Positions 45,637 through 58,064 of a DNA stretch of 64,000 nucleotides are shown one piece after another. Below the pieces are notes generated by a model. It was not told the DNA's origin and did not search any database. It worked only from the letters and a program-made list of their open reading frames with translations. Origin of the DNA: an uncultured Alphaproteobacteria bacterium. GTDB taxonomy: Bacteria; Pseudomonadota; Alphaproteobacteria; ATCC43930; CGMCC-115725. How positions within the stretch are numbered: the first letter of the stretch is position 1; every line of letters begins with the position of its first letter. The stretch is from NCBI GenBank assembly GCA_963804235.1, contig CAWDPP010000057.1, forward strand, positions 13,603-77,602, read 5' to 3'. The translations under genes were made by a program, and so were the position numbers.

Positions 45637-46695
45637 ATGCACGGGCCGGCCGAGAATCAACTGTCGCTGCAGCTCGCCGACAAGGCCATGAAGGCCATGC
45701 ACGGCCACGAGATCCCGCCCACGCCGCAGAATTATGCGGTGTGGTACACCTTTGCCGCCGGCACGCAGCCCGAATTGACGCGCACGCTCGATATCCTCAT
45801 ATCGAACAAGCAGACCTTCACGCCCGACCTCAATTCCGAGCTCTATGCGCGCTTCTTCGACGCCACCGGCCAGCTCGCCGTCCTGAGCGATACCGGCGGG
45901 CGCCTCACGCACATCGTCGACCAGGTCCGCAAGCACATCGAAACCGCGTCCGGCGACGCCACCGCCTTCGGCCGCACCCTCGACGATTTCTCCGAGAAGA
46001 TCGGCGACGGCGGCGCGCCGACCAACATCCAGACCCTCGTCGCCGACCTCGTCGTCGAGACGCAGCGCGTCGCCGAGCGCAACCGCACGCTCGAGGAGAA
46101 GCTCACCAAGTCCTCGGGCGAGGTGAGCGAGCTGAAGCAGCACCTCGAGACCGTGCAGCGCGAGGCGCTGACCGACGCGCTGACCGGCATCCCCAACCGC
46201 AAATCGTTCGACACGCGGCTCAGGGAAGCGGCGCGCGACGCCATGGAGAACGACGAGCGCCTCTGTCTGCTCATCGCCGACATCGACCATTTCAAGCGCT
46301 TCAACGACACTTACGGGCACCAGATCGGCGACCAGGTGCTGCGCCTCGTGGCGCGGACGCTGACCGATTCGGTGAAGGGCCGCGACACGTCGGCGCGCTT
46401 CGGCGGCGAGGAATTCGCCATCATCCTGCCGCAGACCACGCTCGGCGATGCGCAGACCGTCGCCGAGCATATCCGCGAAGGGCTGCAGCGCCGCAAGGTG
46501 GTGGGGCGCGACAAGAAGAACCAGGATTACGGCGGCATCACCCTGTCCTTCGGCGCCGCCGAGTATCGCCCCGGCGAGCCGCTCTCGGCCTTCGTCGAAC
46601 GCGCCGACGCCGCGCTCTATCGCGCCAAGCGCGAAGGCCGCAACCGCGTCGCCATCGAGCAGGACGAACCGGCCGAGGAAGAAGCGAAGGCCTAG
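45637..46695 (+). CDS. diguanylate cyclase (GGDEF) with N-terminal helical/coiled-coil domain
   Basis: ATG at 45637. ...DALTGIPNRKSFDTRL...DIDHFKRFNDTYGHQIGDQVL...ARFGGEEFAIIL...YRAKREGRNRV. The position of the I-site Arg reads KGRD rather than RxxD. Confidence 0.88.
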   Translation: MHGPAENQLSLQLADKAMKAMHGHEIPPTPQNYAVWYTFAAGTQPELTRTLDILISNKQTFTPDLNSELYARFFDATGQLAVLSDTGGRLTHIVDQVRKHIETASGDATAFGRTLDDFSEKIGDGGAPTNIQTLVADLVVETQRVAERNRTLEEKLTKSSGEVSELKQHLETVQREALTDALTGIPNRKSFDTRLREAARDAMENDERLCLLIADIDHFKRFNDTYGHQIGDQVLRLVARTLTDSVKGRDTSARFGGEEFAIILPQTTLGDAQTVAEHIREGLQRRKVVGRDKKNQDYGGITLSFGAAEYRPGEPLSAFVERADAALYRAKREGRNRVAIEQDEPAEEEAKA

Positions 46696-47951
46696 CCTCC
46701 GCCCGAGACCCACGGCAACCAGCCGGTCCAGGCGAGCCACGCACACGCGAATCCGACCGAGAGAAGGGTCGCGGGAACGCCGACGCGGGCATAGTCGGCG
46801 AAGCTCAGCCGCACGCCAAAGGCCTCGGCGCGCTCGACCACGATGAGGTTCGAGAGCGAGCCCGTCAGCAGCAGGCTGCCCGACAGCGACGACAGCAGCG
46901 CCAGCGCATAGAGCGCGCCTTGCGGCGGGTTGGGCCAGACCTGCAACAGCAGGATCACCGACGGCACGTTGCCGATCACGTTGCTGGAAAAGAGCGTGAG
47001 CGGCGCCAGCACGGCGAGATTGTCCGGCAGGAGACCGTACTGCTCGAGCCAGGAGAGCGCGCGATAGGGCATGCCGGTGTCGGCGAGCGCGCCGGTGATG
47101 GCGAACAGGCACACGAACAGCAGCAGCAGCGGCCAATCGACGCCGGCGATCATGGTGCGGCTGGTGATCTTGCGGTTCGAGAGCAGGACCGCCGCGATGA
47201 GGAGGCCGCCGATCTCGCGCGGGATCGGCGTCATGAACAGGATCAGCAGCAGCGCCATGGCGACGAAGCCTTTGATCGTCTGGCTGCGGTCGTAAGGATG
47301 GCGCGGCACCTCGGGCACATCGCGCGTCGCCGCCATCACCGTGCCGTCGATGCGGTCGTGCCACAGCAGCCAGATCACGGCGAAGAACGCGACGAGCCCG
47401 AACAGCGCCGGCACGGCGCAGGCGCCGAGGAACACGCCGAAGCTCAGATTGCCGAGCTGGCCGATCAGGATGTTCTGCGGATTGCCGATGAGCGTGGCGG
47501 CCGAGCCCGCGTTGCTGGCGCCGCACAACGCAATGAGGAAGGGCCGCGGGTCCAAGCCCTGCGAGCGCGCGCCGGCGATGAGGAGCGGCGCCAGCGCGAA
47601 CACCAGGATGTCGTTCATCAGGAGCGCCGAAAGCGCGCCGCACACGCCCACGGTCAGCGCGAGGAGCAGCGCCGGGCTCGCGCGCTTGGTCACGATCCAG
47701 CCGGCGCAGAGATCGAAAAAACCCGCGACCGCGAATTGCGCCGAGATGATCATCAGCGCGAACAGCAGCACCAGGGTCGAGACGTCGATGCTCGATCCGA
47801 GATCGTCGAGCGTCGTCGTCTCGGTGCCGAGCAGCGCGATGACGCCCAAAAGCGCGATGCCGGTGCGGTCCACCTGCAGCCACGGCAGCCGTCCCGCCGC
47901 CATGCCGAGATACGCGAAGACGAAGACCAGGATGATGATGGCGGCGTGCAC
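46692..47951 (-). CDS. ArsB/NhaD-superfamily anion permease (CitMHS/SLC13-like)
   Basis: Intact 419-aa polytopic ORF: ...NDILVFALAPLL...CGASNAGSAATLIGNPQNILIG...FSSNVIGNVPSV. Confidence 0.78.
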   Translation of the reverse strand: MHAAIIILVFVFAYLGMAAGRLPWLQVDRTGIALLGVIALLGTETTTLDDLGSSIDVSTLVLLFALMIISAQFAVAGFFDLCAGWIVTKRASPALLLALTVGVCGALSALLMNDILVFALAPLLIAGARSQGLDPRPFLIALCGASNAGSAATLIGNPQNILIGQLGNLSFGVFLGACAVPALFGLVAFFAVIWLLWHDRIDGTVMAATRDVPEVPRHPYDRSQTIKGFVAMALLLILFMTPIPREIGGLLIAAVLLSNRKITSRTMIAGVDWPLLLLFVCLFAITGALADTGMPYRALSWLEQYGLLPDNLAVLAPLTLFSSNVIGNVPSVILLLQVWPNPPQGALYALALLSSLSGSLLLTGSLSNLIVVERAEAFGVRLSFADYARVGVPATLLSVGFACAWLAWTGWLPWVSGGG

Positions 47952-47988
47952 GGGACGGAACCGGGTTTCCGGGGATCGGGGATTTTAA

Positions 47989-48150
47989 CAGCTATCGCAC
48001 GGGAGCTGTCAGCTATCCGCTCTCGGCCATCAGCCATCGGCTATCAGAAGGCCACTGGAAATGCCTGAAATTGGCTTCTTTGCGGCAACTCGCGCGAGAA
48101 AAAGAAAGGCTGACGGCTGATAGCTGACGGCTGACGGCTAGGCTATATAG
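47989..48150. repeat. inverted arms built from GCTGAYRG-type short repeats flanking a ~60-nt spacer
   Basis: The left arm is acagctatcgcacgggagctgtcagctatccgctctcggccatcagccatcggctatcag. The right arm is ggctgacggctgatagctgacggctgacggctaggctatatagc, the reverse-complement sense of the left arm. The element lies between the permease start and the uvrD start. Confidence 0.75.
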
Positions 48151-48156
48151 CTTTCC

Positions 48157-50381
<2,225 letters not shown>

Positions 50382-50385
50382 GCCC

Positions 50386-51278
50386 GTGGCGAGGGCTGGC
50401 AGCGCGCTGTGGCGCGTCCTCTTGAGCGTGCGCGATGCCGACCGCGCCGAAGCTGCGGCGCGCGCGCTCGATCCCGTCGTCGAAAGCGTGAGCGCGTTCG
50501 GCGCGGGCGACGATTGGCGCATCGAGGGATTGACGCGGAAGGAACCCGACCGCGCGGCGATCGCGGCCAATCTCGCGCTGCAATGGCTCGGCGCGGATGA
50601 CGCGCCGCCCTTCTTGATCGAGCGCCTGCCCGCGCGCGACTGGCTCGACGAGAACCAGAAGAGTTTCGCCCCGGTCGGGCGGGCCGCTATTTCGTCCATC
50701 CGACGAGCTGGCGCGGGCGCGCGGCGGCGGGCCGCATCGCGCTCGGGATCGACGCCGCGACCGCGTTCGGCACCGGCGAGCACGGTTCCACGCGCGGTTG
50801 TCTTATCGCCCTTGACCAGCTCGCGCGGCGGCGGCGTTTTCGCCGCGTGCTCGACATGGGCTGCGGCACCGGGATCCTGGCGATGGCCGCGGCCAAGACG
50901 TGGCGGCGCGGCGGCGTCGCCCTGTGCGACATCGATCCCGAGGCCGTGCGCGTCGCATCGCGCAATGCCCGGGCGAACGGGCTTCACCCGCGGCTCGCGC
51001 CCAAGCGCGCACGCTCCTACCGCGAGCGCGTGCTCGCGCGGCGGGCGCCTTACGATCTCGTGCTGGCGAACATCCTGGCGCGGCCGCTCATGACGATGGC
51101 GCGCGAGCTGGCCCGCGCGCTCGCGCCGCGCGGCGTCGCCGTCCTCGGCGGCTTCCTGCCGTGGCAGGAAAGCGCCGTTCTCGCGGCGCATCGCACGCGC
51201 CGCTTCGTCCTGTGCCGGCGCATCGTCGTCGATGGCTGGTCCACTCTCATCGTGTCGCGGAGCAAATCCACCCCATGA
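50386..51278 (+). CDS. prmA: ribosomal protein L11 methyltransferase; one frame break near 50680
   Basis: GTG at 50386. The first frame gives ...[21 protein letters not shown]. The second gives RYFVHPTSW...[23 protein letters not shown]...[17 protein letters not shown]...[18 protein letters not shown]...LANILARPL. Confidence 0.85.
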
Positions 51279-52109
51279 CTGCGTTGCAAGCGATCATCAC
51301 CGCCATCCTGCAAGGCGTGACCGAGCTGTTCCCGGTCTCGAGCCTCGGCCACGCCGTCGTCCTGCCGCGGCTTCTGGGCTGGCACATCGACCAGGACGCG
51401 CCCGACTACCTGCCGTTCCTCGTGGTGCTGCATCTCGGCACGGCGGCGGCGCTTCTCGCCTACTTCTGGCGCGACTGGTGGGACATCGCGACGGCGCTCG
51501 TGGGCATCGGGCGAGCCGGACCAGCGGCGCGCCAACTGGCGCCTCCTCATCCTCATCGTGGTGGCGACCATTCCGGCGGTGATCCTGGGATTTGCGCTGG
51601 AAAAATGGTTCCGCTCGCTGTTCGGCGCGCCGGCGGTGGCGGCCGTGTTCCTCATCGTCAACGGCTTCGTGCTGTTCGCGGGCGAGCGCTTGCGGCGCCG
51701 CGCCGGCGAGCGCACGCTCACCGAGATGCACTGGGGCGAGGCGCTCGTGATCGGGCTGTGGCAAAGCACGGCGCTCATTCCCGGCATCTCGCGCTCGGGC
51801 GCGACCATGGTGGGCGGGCTGCTCATGGGCTTCCACCATCGCGAGGCGGCGCATTTCTCGTTCCTCATCGCCACGCCCGTGATCTTGGGCGCGGCCGTGC
51901 TCGAAGTGCCGAAGCTCATGCACGCGCACACGGCAATCGGCGGCGTCGCCTGGATCGCGGGCATCGTCGCCGGCATCACCGCGTTCGCGAGCGTCGCCTT
52001 CCTCATGCGCTATTTCCGGCGGCACGATTTCGACGCGCTCGACCCGTTCGCCTATTACTGCTGGGCGGCGGGCGCGCTCGCGCTGGGGCTGCTGCTGTTC
52101 GTGGTGTGA
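51275..52109 (+). CDS. uppP: undecaprenyl-diphosphate phosphatase; one frame break near 51510
   Basis: ATG at 51275 overlaps the prmA stop (ATGA). It opens [36 protein letters not shown]. The next frame gives [18 protein letters not shown]...[41 protein letters not shown]. Confidence 0.88.
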
Positions 52110-52112
52110 GAG

Positions 52113-53060
52113 CTAGACCACGTGGTCGGGCGCGAGCCGGCAGGCGTGCTCGGGATCGATCTCGACCTGGATGGTGACGTGGCCGATGGCGAAGCGATCG
52201 TAGAGGCCGGTCGCGATCTCGGCCAAGGTCTCGTCGCCGGGATGGCCCGCCGGCATCACGAGATGCGCGGTGAGCGCCGTCTCGGTCGTGCTCATCGGCC
52301 AGATGTGGAGATCGTGCACGGCGGAAACGCCGCCCAATCGCGCCAGATGCTCGCGCACGCGCTCGGCGTCGATCGTCGCCGGCACGGCGTCGAGCGCCAT
52401 GTCGAGCGACTGGCGCAGGAGGCGCCACGTGGCGATGACGATGACGAGCGCCACCACGATGCTGACGATGGGATCGAGCCGCTGCCAGCCGGTCAGCAGG
52501 ATGACGCCGCCCGATATCGCGACGCCGAGGCTCACCGCCGCGTCGGCCGCCATGTGCACGTAGGCCGCGCGCACGTTCAGGTCCGATTGCGCGGCGCGGC
52601 CGAGCACGAGCGCCGTGCCGCCGTTCAAGGCGACGCCGACGAGCGCCACCACGACCACGGTGAGACCCATGACCGGCACGGGTGCGGCAAGCCGCTCGGC
52701 CGCCCCGAGGATGATCGCGCCGACCGCGATCAAGAGGACGATCGCGTTCAACAGCGCAACCAGGATCGAGAAGCTGCCGAGACCGTATGTGTAGCGCGCG
52801 CTCGGGCTGCGCCGCGCCAGGAGGCTCGCGGCCCAGGCCGCGGCGAGGCTCAGCACATCGGCGAAATTGTGGCCGGCGTCGGCCAGAAGCGCGATCGAAT
52901 TGCCGAGCACGCCATAGACCGCCTCGACCGCGCAGAACGCGAGATTGAGCGCGGTGCCGATGGCAAGAAGGGCGGGCGTGGCGTCGTGCCGATGATGGCG
53001 CGTGGCCATGGCGGCCATGATCGTGGCCGCCATGGTGTGCGTGCTCATGACCATCGGCAT
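52113..53060 (-). CDS. cation diffusion facilitator family metal efflux transporter (CzcD-like)
   Basis: Intact 315-aa ORF: [20 protein letters not shown]...[16 protein letters not shown]...[21 protein letters not shown]. Confidence 0.85.
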   Translation of the reverse strand: MPMVMSTHTMAATIMAAMATRHHRHDATPALLAIGTALNLAFCAVEAVYGVLGNSIALLADAGHNFADVLSLAAAWAASLLARRSPSARYTYGLGSFSILVALLNAIVLLIAVGAIILGAAERLAAPVPVMGLTVVVVALVGVALNGGTALVLGRAAQSDLNVRAAYVHMAADAAVSLGVAISGGVILLTGWQRLDPIVSIVVALVIVIATWRLLRQSLDMALDAVPATIDAERVREHLARLGGVSAVHDLHIWPMSTTETALTAHLVMPAGHPGDETLAEIATGLYDRFAIGHVTIQVEIDPEHACRLAPDHVV

Positions 53061-53116
53061 GCGCCATGGCCCGCTACTTTGCCCGAGCGGCGCCTCAGCG
53101 TCGAGTGCCGCTCGCC

Positions 53117-53326
53117 TCAGGCGGCGTGGCGGAAGCCGCGAATCGGCGCTCCCGCAGGCGGCACGGTTCGCTCCGAGCGCGCCAGGACATAGGGGATTTC
53201 CGACCGGCTGATGCCGATGTCGGAGAGCGAGCGGTCATCGAGGGCGGAAAGCTCGCGATAGGCCTGCTCGCGCCGGCGCCACTCCTCGTAGCGCTCGGAC
53301 AAGGCCTTGAAAAGACGGGAAAACAT
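53117..53326 (-). CDS. DUF1127 small protein
   Basis: 69 aa from ATG 53326: MFSRLFKALSERYEEWRRREQAYRELSALDDRSLSDIGISRSEIPYV, which contains the DUF1127 core L..LDDRSL.DIGISR..I. Confidence 0.8.
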   Translation of the reverse strand: MFSRLFKALSERYEEWRRREQAYRELSALDDRSLSDIGISRSEIPYVLARSERTVPPAGAPIRGFRHAA

Positions 53327-53335
53327 GTCTTTTCT

Positions 53336-53358
53336 CCGCAGTTGATGTTGCACTGCGG
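53336..53358 (-). promoter_or_regulatory. 7-bp stem hairpin in the DUF1127 leader, 10 nt upstream of the ATG
   Basis: ccgcagt tgatgttgc actgcgg, sitting in a locally AT-richer intergenic stretch (53327-53435). Its function is unknown. Confidence 0.3.
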
Positions 53359-53435
53359 TAAAGGTAAGCACGGCTGTCCTATATGGGAAGCCCACCCAAA
53401 GCATTCCTGCCAATCGTGGGACGCATGGAATGGGC

Positions 53436-54639
53436 TCAGGCGAGCGCGCTGCCGTCGCTGTCGCCGACGAGGTGCGGGGCGCCATAGCGGCGCATCACCT
53501 GTTCCGGATCGCGTATCCCGTCGGGCGCGAGCGAGGCGGCGCCGAGCGTGCGCGAGTAATCGACCAGCGCCTGGCCGAACGCGCGGCGCTCGCGCTCGAA
53601 GCGGGCGAGCGCGCCGTCGATGTCGTGCGGCGCGGCCGCCAGGGCCTCGGCGAGCGCGACGGCATCGAGCGCGGCCTTGGTGACGCCGGCCGCGACGTGC
53701 GGGCGCGCGATGAAGGCGGCGTCGCCCAAAAGCGCGACGCGGCCCCACACCATGCGCGGGACTTCGAGATCGGTGACCGCCTGGAGGAGCGGCTGCGCCG
53801 CGCGCGCGACGATGGAGGATACGACGGGCGGCAGCAGCGCCCGTGCCTCGGCGCGCATCGCGGCGATCGCGTCGGCGCGAATGAGCGGCGGCGGGATCGC
53901 GAACTCGTGCGCGCGCCCCGTCTCGTCGGTCATGAGGGCGCCGAGCCGCGCCACGTCGGCCGGGCGATACCAGATGAAGTAATAGCGGCGATGGCCCGGG
54001 CGCACGTCGTCGTCGCGGCCGGGGATCGGCATCGACAGGCTCATCTCGCCGGCGGGGAAGGCGAACACGATGCTGTCGGAGAGCAGCGCGTGCTCGGACG
54101 CCGTGAGCTCGCTCTCCTCGATGACGCCGCGCCAGGCGACGTAGCCGGCATAGCGCGCCGCGATCTCCGGCAGGAACTGGCGCCGCACGGTCGAATGGAC
54201 GCCGTCGGCTCCGACGAGCAAATCTCCCGCCTCGCGCCCGCCATCGGCGAAATGCGCGACGACGCCCGTTCCGTCCTGCTCGACGCGCTCGAGCGCGCGG
54301 CCGGGAAAGACGATTTCGTCCGGCACCGCGGCGCGCAGCGGGCGATAGATCCTCGACCACGCGCCGGTGAGCCACGGCCGCGCGATGCGCAGGACCGGCC
54401 GGCCGGCGCCGATCGAGCCACAGCAGCGCGGCGACCGGAACGCCGGTCGAAGGCGAAATCTCCGCGCCGACGCGGCGCAGCACCTGGAACAGCTCGTTCG
54501 AGAGGCCGAGCCCGGCGCCGCGGCCGGAAAGATCGCCCGCCGTCTTCTCGTAGACGGCGACGTCCCAGCCGATCTCGCGCAGGAGCAGCGCGGCGAAAAG
54601 GCCGCCGACCGAACCGCCGATCACCAAGGCGCGTGGCAT
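53436..54639 (-). CDS. FAD-dependent (class A flavoprotein) monooxygenase; one frame break near 54405
   Basis: ATG at 54639 opens MPRALVIGGSVGGLFAALLLREIGWDVAVYEK (GxGxxG). The next frame gives RPVLRIARPWLTGAWSRIYRPLRAAVPDEIVFPGRALE...LVGADGVHSTVRRQF...VALLGDAAFIARPHVAAGVTKA. Confidence 0.82.
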
Positions 54640-54643
54640 CACG

Positions 54644-54673
54644 GGAGATTGCTTCGCTGCGCGCGCAATGACA
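54644..54673. repeat. REP-A half element
   Basis: ggagattgcttcgctgcgcgcgcaatgac. Only the right arm of the REP-A palindrome is present. Confidence 0.7.
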
Positions 54674-54683
54674 AGAATGCCGG

Positions 54684-55391
54684 ATGATGCTCGAGGTGCA
54701 GAACCTCAGCGCGCGCTATGGCGAAAGCCAGGTCCTGTTCGGCGTCTCGTTCGCGGTCGCGGCGGGCGAGGTGGTGACGCTGCTCGGCCGGAACGGCATG
54801 GGCAAGACCACGACGGTCGGCGCGGTGATGGGGATCGTGCCGCCCGCCGCCGGCACGATCCGCTTCGAAGGAACCGAGATCGCGGGCTGGCCGTCCTATC
54901 GCATCGCGCAGCTCGGGCTCGGCCTCGTGCCGGAAGGGCGGCAGGTCTTTCCCAACCTCACCGTGCGCGAGAACCTCGTCGCCACCGCCGCCGACCGCCA
55001 CGGCGGCGGCGCGCGGCGCTGGGACCTCGATGCGGTGCTGCGGCTTTTTCCGGCGCTCGCCCCGCGACTCGACGCGTTCGGCGCGCTCCTCTCGGGCGGC
55101 GAGCAGCAGATGCTGGCCGTGGGCCGCGCGCTCATGACCAATCCGCGGCTCCTCATCCTCGACGAGGCGACGGAAGGATTGGCGCCGCTGGTGCGCCAGG
55201 AAATCTGGCGCGCGCTCGCGACCCTGAAGGCGGCGGGCCAGTCGATCCTGGTGATCGACAAGAACGTCGCCGCGCTCAATCGCATCGCCGACCGCCACTA
55301 TGTGCTCGAAAAAGGCCAGATCGTGTGGCAGGGAACGTCCGCTGCCTTGGCCGCCGACGTCGAGCTGCAACACAGATATCTCGGCGTTTGA
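54684..55391 (+). CDS. LivF/UrtE-like ABC transporter ATP-binding protein (orphan)
   Basis: Intact 235-aa ORF: LLGRNGMGKTTT (Walker A), GLGLVPEGRQVFPNLTVRENL, LSGGEQQMLAVGRALM (signature), LLILDEATEGLAP (Walker B). No partner ATPase, permease or binding-protein gene is adjacent. Confidence 0.85.
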   Translation: MMLEVQNLSARYGESQVLFGVSFAVAAGEVVTLLGRNGMGKTTTVGAVMGIVPPAAGTIRFEGTEIAGWPSYRIAQLGLGLVPEGRQVFPNLTVRENLVATAADRHGGGARRWDLDAVLRLFPALAPRLDAFGALLSGGEQQMLAVGRALMTNPRLLILDEATEGLAPLVRQEIWRALATLKAAGQSILVIDKNVAALNRIADRHYVLEKGQIVWQGTSAALAADVELQHRYLGV

Positions 55392-55414
55392 TGGCGGACT
55401 ATGCGATGGATGTT

Positions 55415-55496
55415 GTCATGGCCGGGCTGTCCCGGCCATCCACGTGTAGTCTGCAAGAAAGAACCCGTGGATGCCCGGCACAAGGCCGGGCATGAC
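55415..55496. repeat. REP-B palindromic intergenic element
   Basis: gtcatggccgggctgtcccggccatccacg ... cgtggatgcccggcacaaggccgggcatgac. This is a nested palindrome of the family that reads ...VDARHKAGHD... when translated. Confidence 0.85.
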
Positions 55497-55511
55497 GACA
55501 AAAAGAAACTG

Positions 55512-56388
55512 CTAACGCTGCTCCTCCTTATAGCGCGCCTCGAGCGCGTCCCAATCGGGCTTGCCGACGAGGTCCTGGCGCTCGGCGAACGGCATGAGGC
55601 GAGCGGCGACGCCGTCGAGCGCGCCGGTCTCGCGCAAATGGCCGAGCACATCCTTCATGCCGAAAAGCGCCGCCTGGAGCGCCACGTTGGCATAGAGCAC
55701 GAGCGCGAAGCCCATCGACTGGAGCGTTTCGCGCGGCAGCACCGGCGTGAGGCCGCCGACCACCAGGTTCGCGACCTGCGGCACGGCGAGCGCTGCCGGG
55801 ATGCGCGCCATGTCGGCCTCGCTCCGCGGCGCCTCGACGAAGGTGAGATCGGCGCCCGCCTCGATATAAAGCTGCGGCGCGGGCGAGCGCGTCCTCGATG
55901 CCGTTGGGCGCGATCGCGTCGGTGCGGGCGATGACGAGGAAATCCGGGTCGCGCCGCGCATCGACCGCGGCGCGCACCTTCGCCGCCATCTCGCCGGCGG
56001 GGATCACCGTCTTGCCGGCGAAATGGCCGCAGCGCTTCGGGAACTCCTGGTCCTCGAGTTGCACGGCGTTGGCGCCGGCGCGCTCCAGCACGCGGATCGT
56101 GCGCGCGACGTTCAACGCATTGCCGAAGCCCGTGTCGGCATCGACGATGAGCGGCAGCGCGACCGCCTCGCGCATGGCGGCGACGTTGGCGGCAAGCTCG
56201 GTGAGCGTGACGAGGCCGATATCGGGCACGCCGAGATAGGCATTGGCGAGGCCGGCGCCGGTGACATAGACGGCGGGGAAACCCAGGCGCTCGATGAGGC
56301 GCGCGGCGAGCGCGTCGGCCGCGCCCGGAACGATCGCACCGGCGCCCTTGTGGAGCGCGCGGCGCAGTGCTTTGTTGAGATCGCTCAT
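55512..56388 (-). CDS. isocitrate lyase / PEP mutase superfamily enzyme (methylisocitrate-lyase / carboxyvinyl-carboxyphosphonate phosphorylmutase-like); one frame break near 55877
   Basis: ATG at 56388 opens MSDLNKALRRALHKGAGAIVPGAADALAARLIERLGFPAVYVTGAG, then ...LIVDADTGFGNALNVARTIRVLERAGANAVQLEDQEFPKRCGH...VIARTDA. The next frame gives QLYIEAGADLTFVEAPRSEADM. Confidence 0.82.
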
Positions 56389-56415
56389 GTGATCCGACCT
56401 TAGGCCAAGCCGAGA

Positions 56416-58033
56416 ATGGCGACAATCGACACACCCGTGCTCATCGTCGGCGCCGGGCCGGTCGGGCTCGCACTCGCGGGCGAGCTTGGCTGGCGCGGCA
56501 TCCCGTGCCTTCTCATCGAGAAGGGCGACGGCTCGATCTATCAGCCGAAGATGGACCTCGTCGGCATCCGCACCATGGAATTCTGCCGGCGCTGGGGCAT
56601 CGTGCCGTGGGTCGAGGCGACGCCTTATCCGCGCGACTACCGGCAGGACAATGTCTATGTCTCGTCCGTCACCGGCATAGAATTCGGGCGCGACCGCTTC
56701 GTCTCGATGAACGCCGAGCGCCCGCCGCCGCAAAGCCCGCAGCATCGCGAGCGCTGCCCGCAGGACATGTTCGACCCGGTGCTGAAGCGCTTCGCCACGA
56801 GTTTCCCGCATGTGAGCCTGCGCTATCACGCGGAATTGATCGCGTTCGATGAGGACGGGCGCGGCGTGACGGCGACGATCGCCGATCCGCGCAGCGGCGC
56901 GCGCGAGACCGTGACGGCGCGCTATCTCGTCGGCTGCGATGGCGCGGCGAGCACGGTGCGCCAGGCGCTCGGCATCGCGATGTCGGGCAATCCGGTCCTC
57001 ACCTACACGACCAACGCCATCTTCCGCTGCGAGAATTTCCTGGCGCTGCACGGCAAGGGCGAGGCCTATCGCTATATCTGCATCGGCACCGAGGGCACCT
57101 TCGCCACCATCGTCGCGATCAACGGGCGCGACCGCTTCCGCTTCTCGATCGTCGGCGACGCGACCATGCGCAGCTATGACGAGCGCGAGGTGCGCGCGCT
57201 CATCGTCAAGGCGGTGGGGTGCGAGTTCGATTTCGAGGTGCTGAGCATCGTGCCGTGGGTCCGGCGCGAGCTGGTGGCCGACCGCTACGGCGCGAGCCGC
57301 GTCTTCATCGCCGGCGACGCCGCGCACCTCACCTCGCCGACCGGCGGCTTCGGCATGAACATGGGCATCCAGGACGCGGTCGATCTCGGCTGGAAGCTCG
57401 AGGCGATGCTGCGCGGCTGGGGCGGAGAGAACCTGCTCGCCTCCTACGAGATCGAGCGCCGGCCGGTCGCGATCCGCAACGTGCGCGAGGCGAGCGCCAA
57501 TCTGCGCCGCATGCTGTCGCCGCGCGAGCGAGCGCGTGCCGCCCGAGGCTTTTCTGCCGGGCCCCGCGGGCAAGCGCGCGCAACAGGAATTCGGCCTCAA
57601 ATTCAGCGCGCTCATGAAGCACGAATGGTTCACGATCGGCATTCACCTGGGCTATCGCTACGCGGGCTCGCCCGTCATCGTGCCCGACGGCACGAAAGAG
57701 CCGCCCGACACGGTCTCGACATACGAGCAGACATCGCATCCCGGCCACCGCGCGCCGCATGTCTGGCTCGGCGAGGGAAAATCGACGCTCGACCTCTTCG
57801 GACGCGGCTTCGTGCTGCTGCGCTTCGATGCCGCGGCCGATGCGGGCTCGCTCGAAGAGGCCGCGCGCGCGTGCGGCGTGCCGCTGACGCTGGTCGAGCT
57901 TGCGCATCGGGACGCGGCGCGGCTTTATGAAAGAAAGCTGGTGCTGGTGCGGCCCGACGGCCACGTCGCCTGGCGCGGCGATCACGTCGCGGACGCACGA
58001 CGCATCATCGACACGGTGCGCGGCGCGGCGTAA
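56416..58033 (+). CDS. FAD-dependent aromatic-ring hydroxylase (PheA/TfdB-like) with C-terminal thioredoxin-like domain; one frame break near 57530
   Basis: The first frame gives MATIDTPVLIVGAGPVGLALAGELGWRGIPCLLIEK...YLVGCDGAASTVRQALG...VFIAGDAAHLTSPTGGFGMNMGIQDAVDLGWKL. The second gives PPEAFLPG...GHRAPHVWLGEGKSTLDLFGRGFVLL...LVLVRPDGHVAWRG. Confidence 0.85.
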
Positions 58034-58064
58034 AAGAGGCGCAACAAGAACGGGAAGGGATGGA

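Noticed and set aside
45568-48068. 771-aa minus-strand and 775-aa plus-strand ORFs (45568-47883, 45741-48068)
   Set aside because: They are out-of-frame or antisense shadows of the GGDEF gene and the ArsB/NhaD-type permease gene. Both real genes have clear motifs in other frames.
53061-53116. Metal (NiCo/czcD-type) riboswitch ahead of the CDF transporter
   Set aside because: The leader is only 56 nt and lacks any obvious conserved structure. It is too short for that RNA class.
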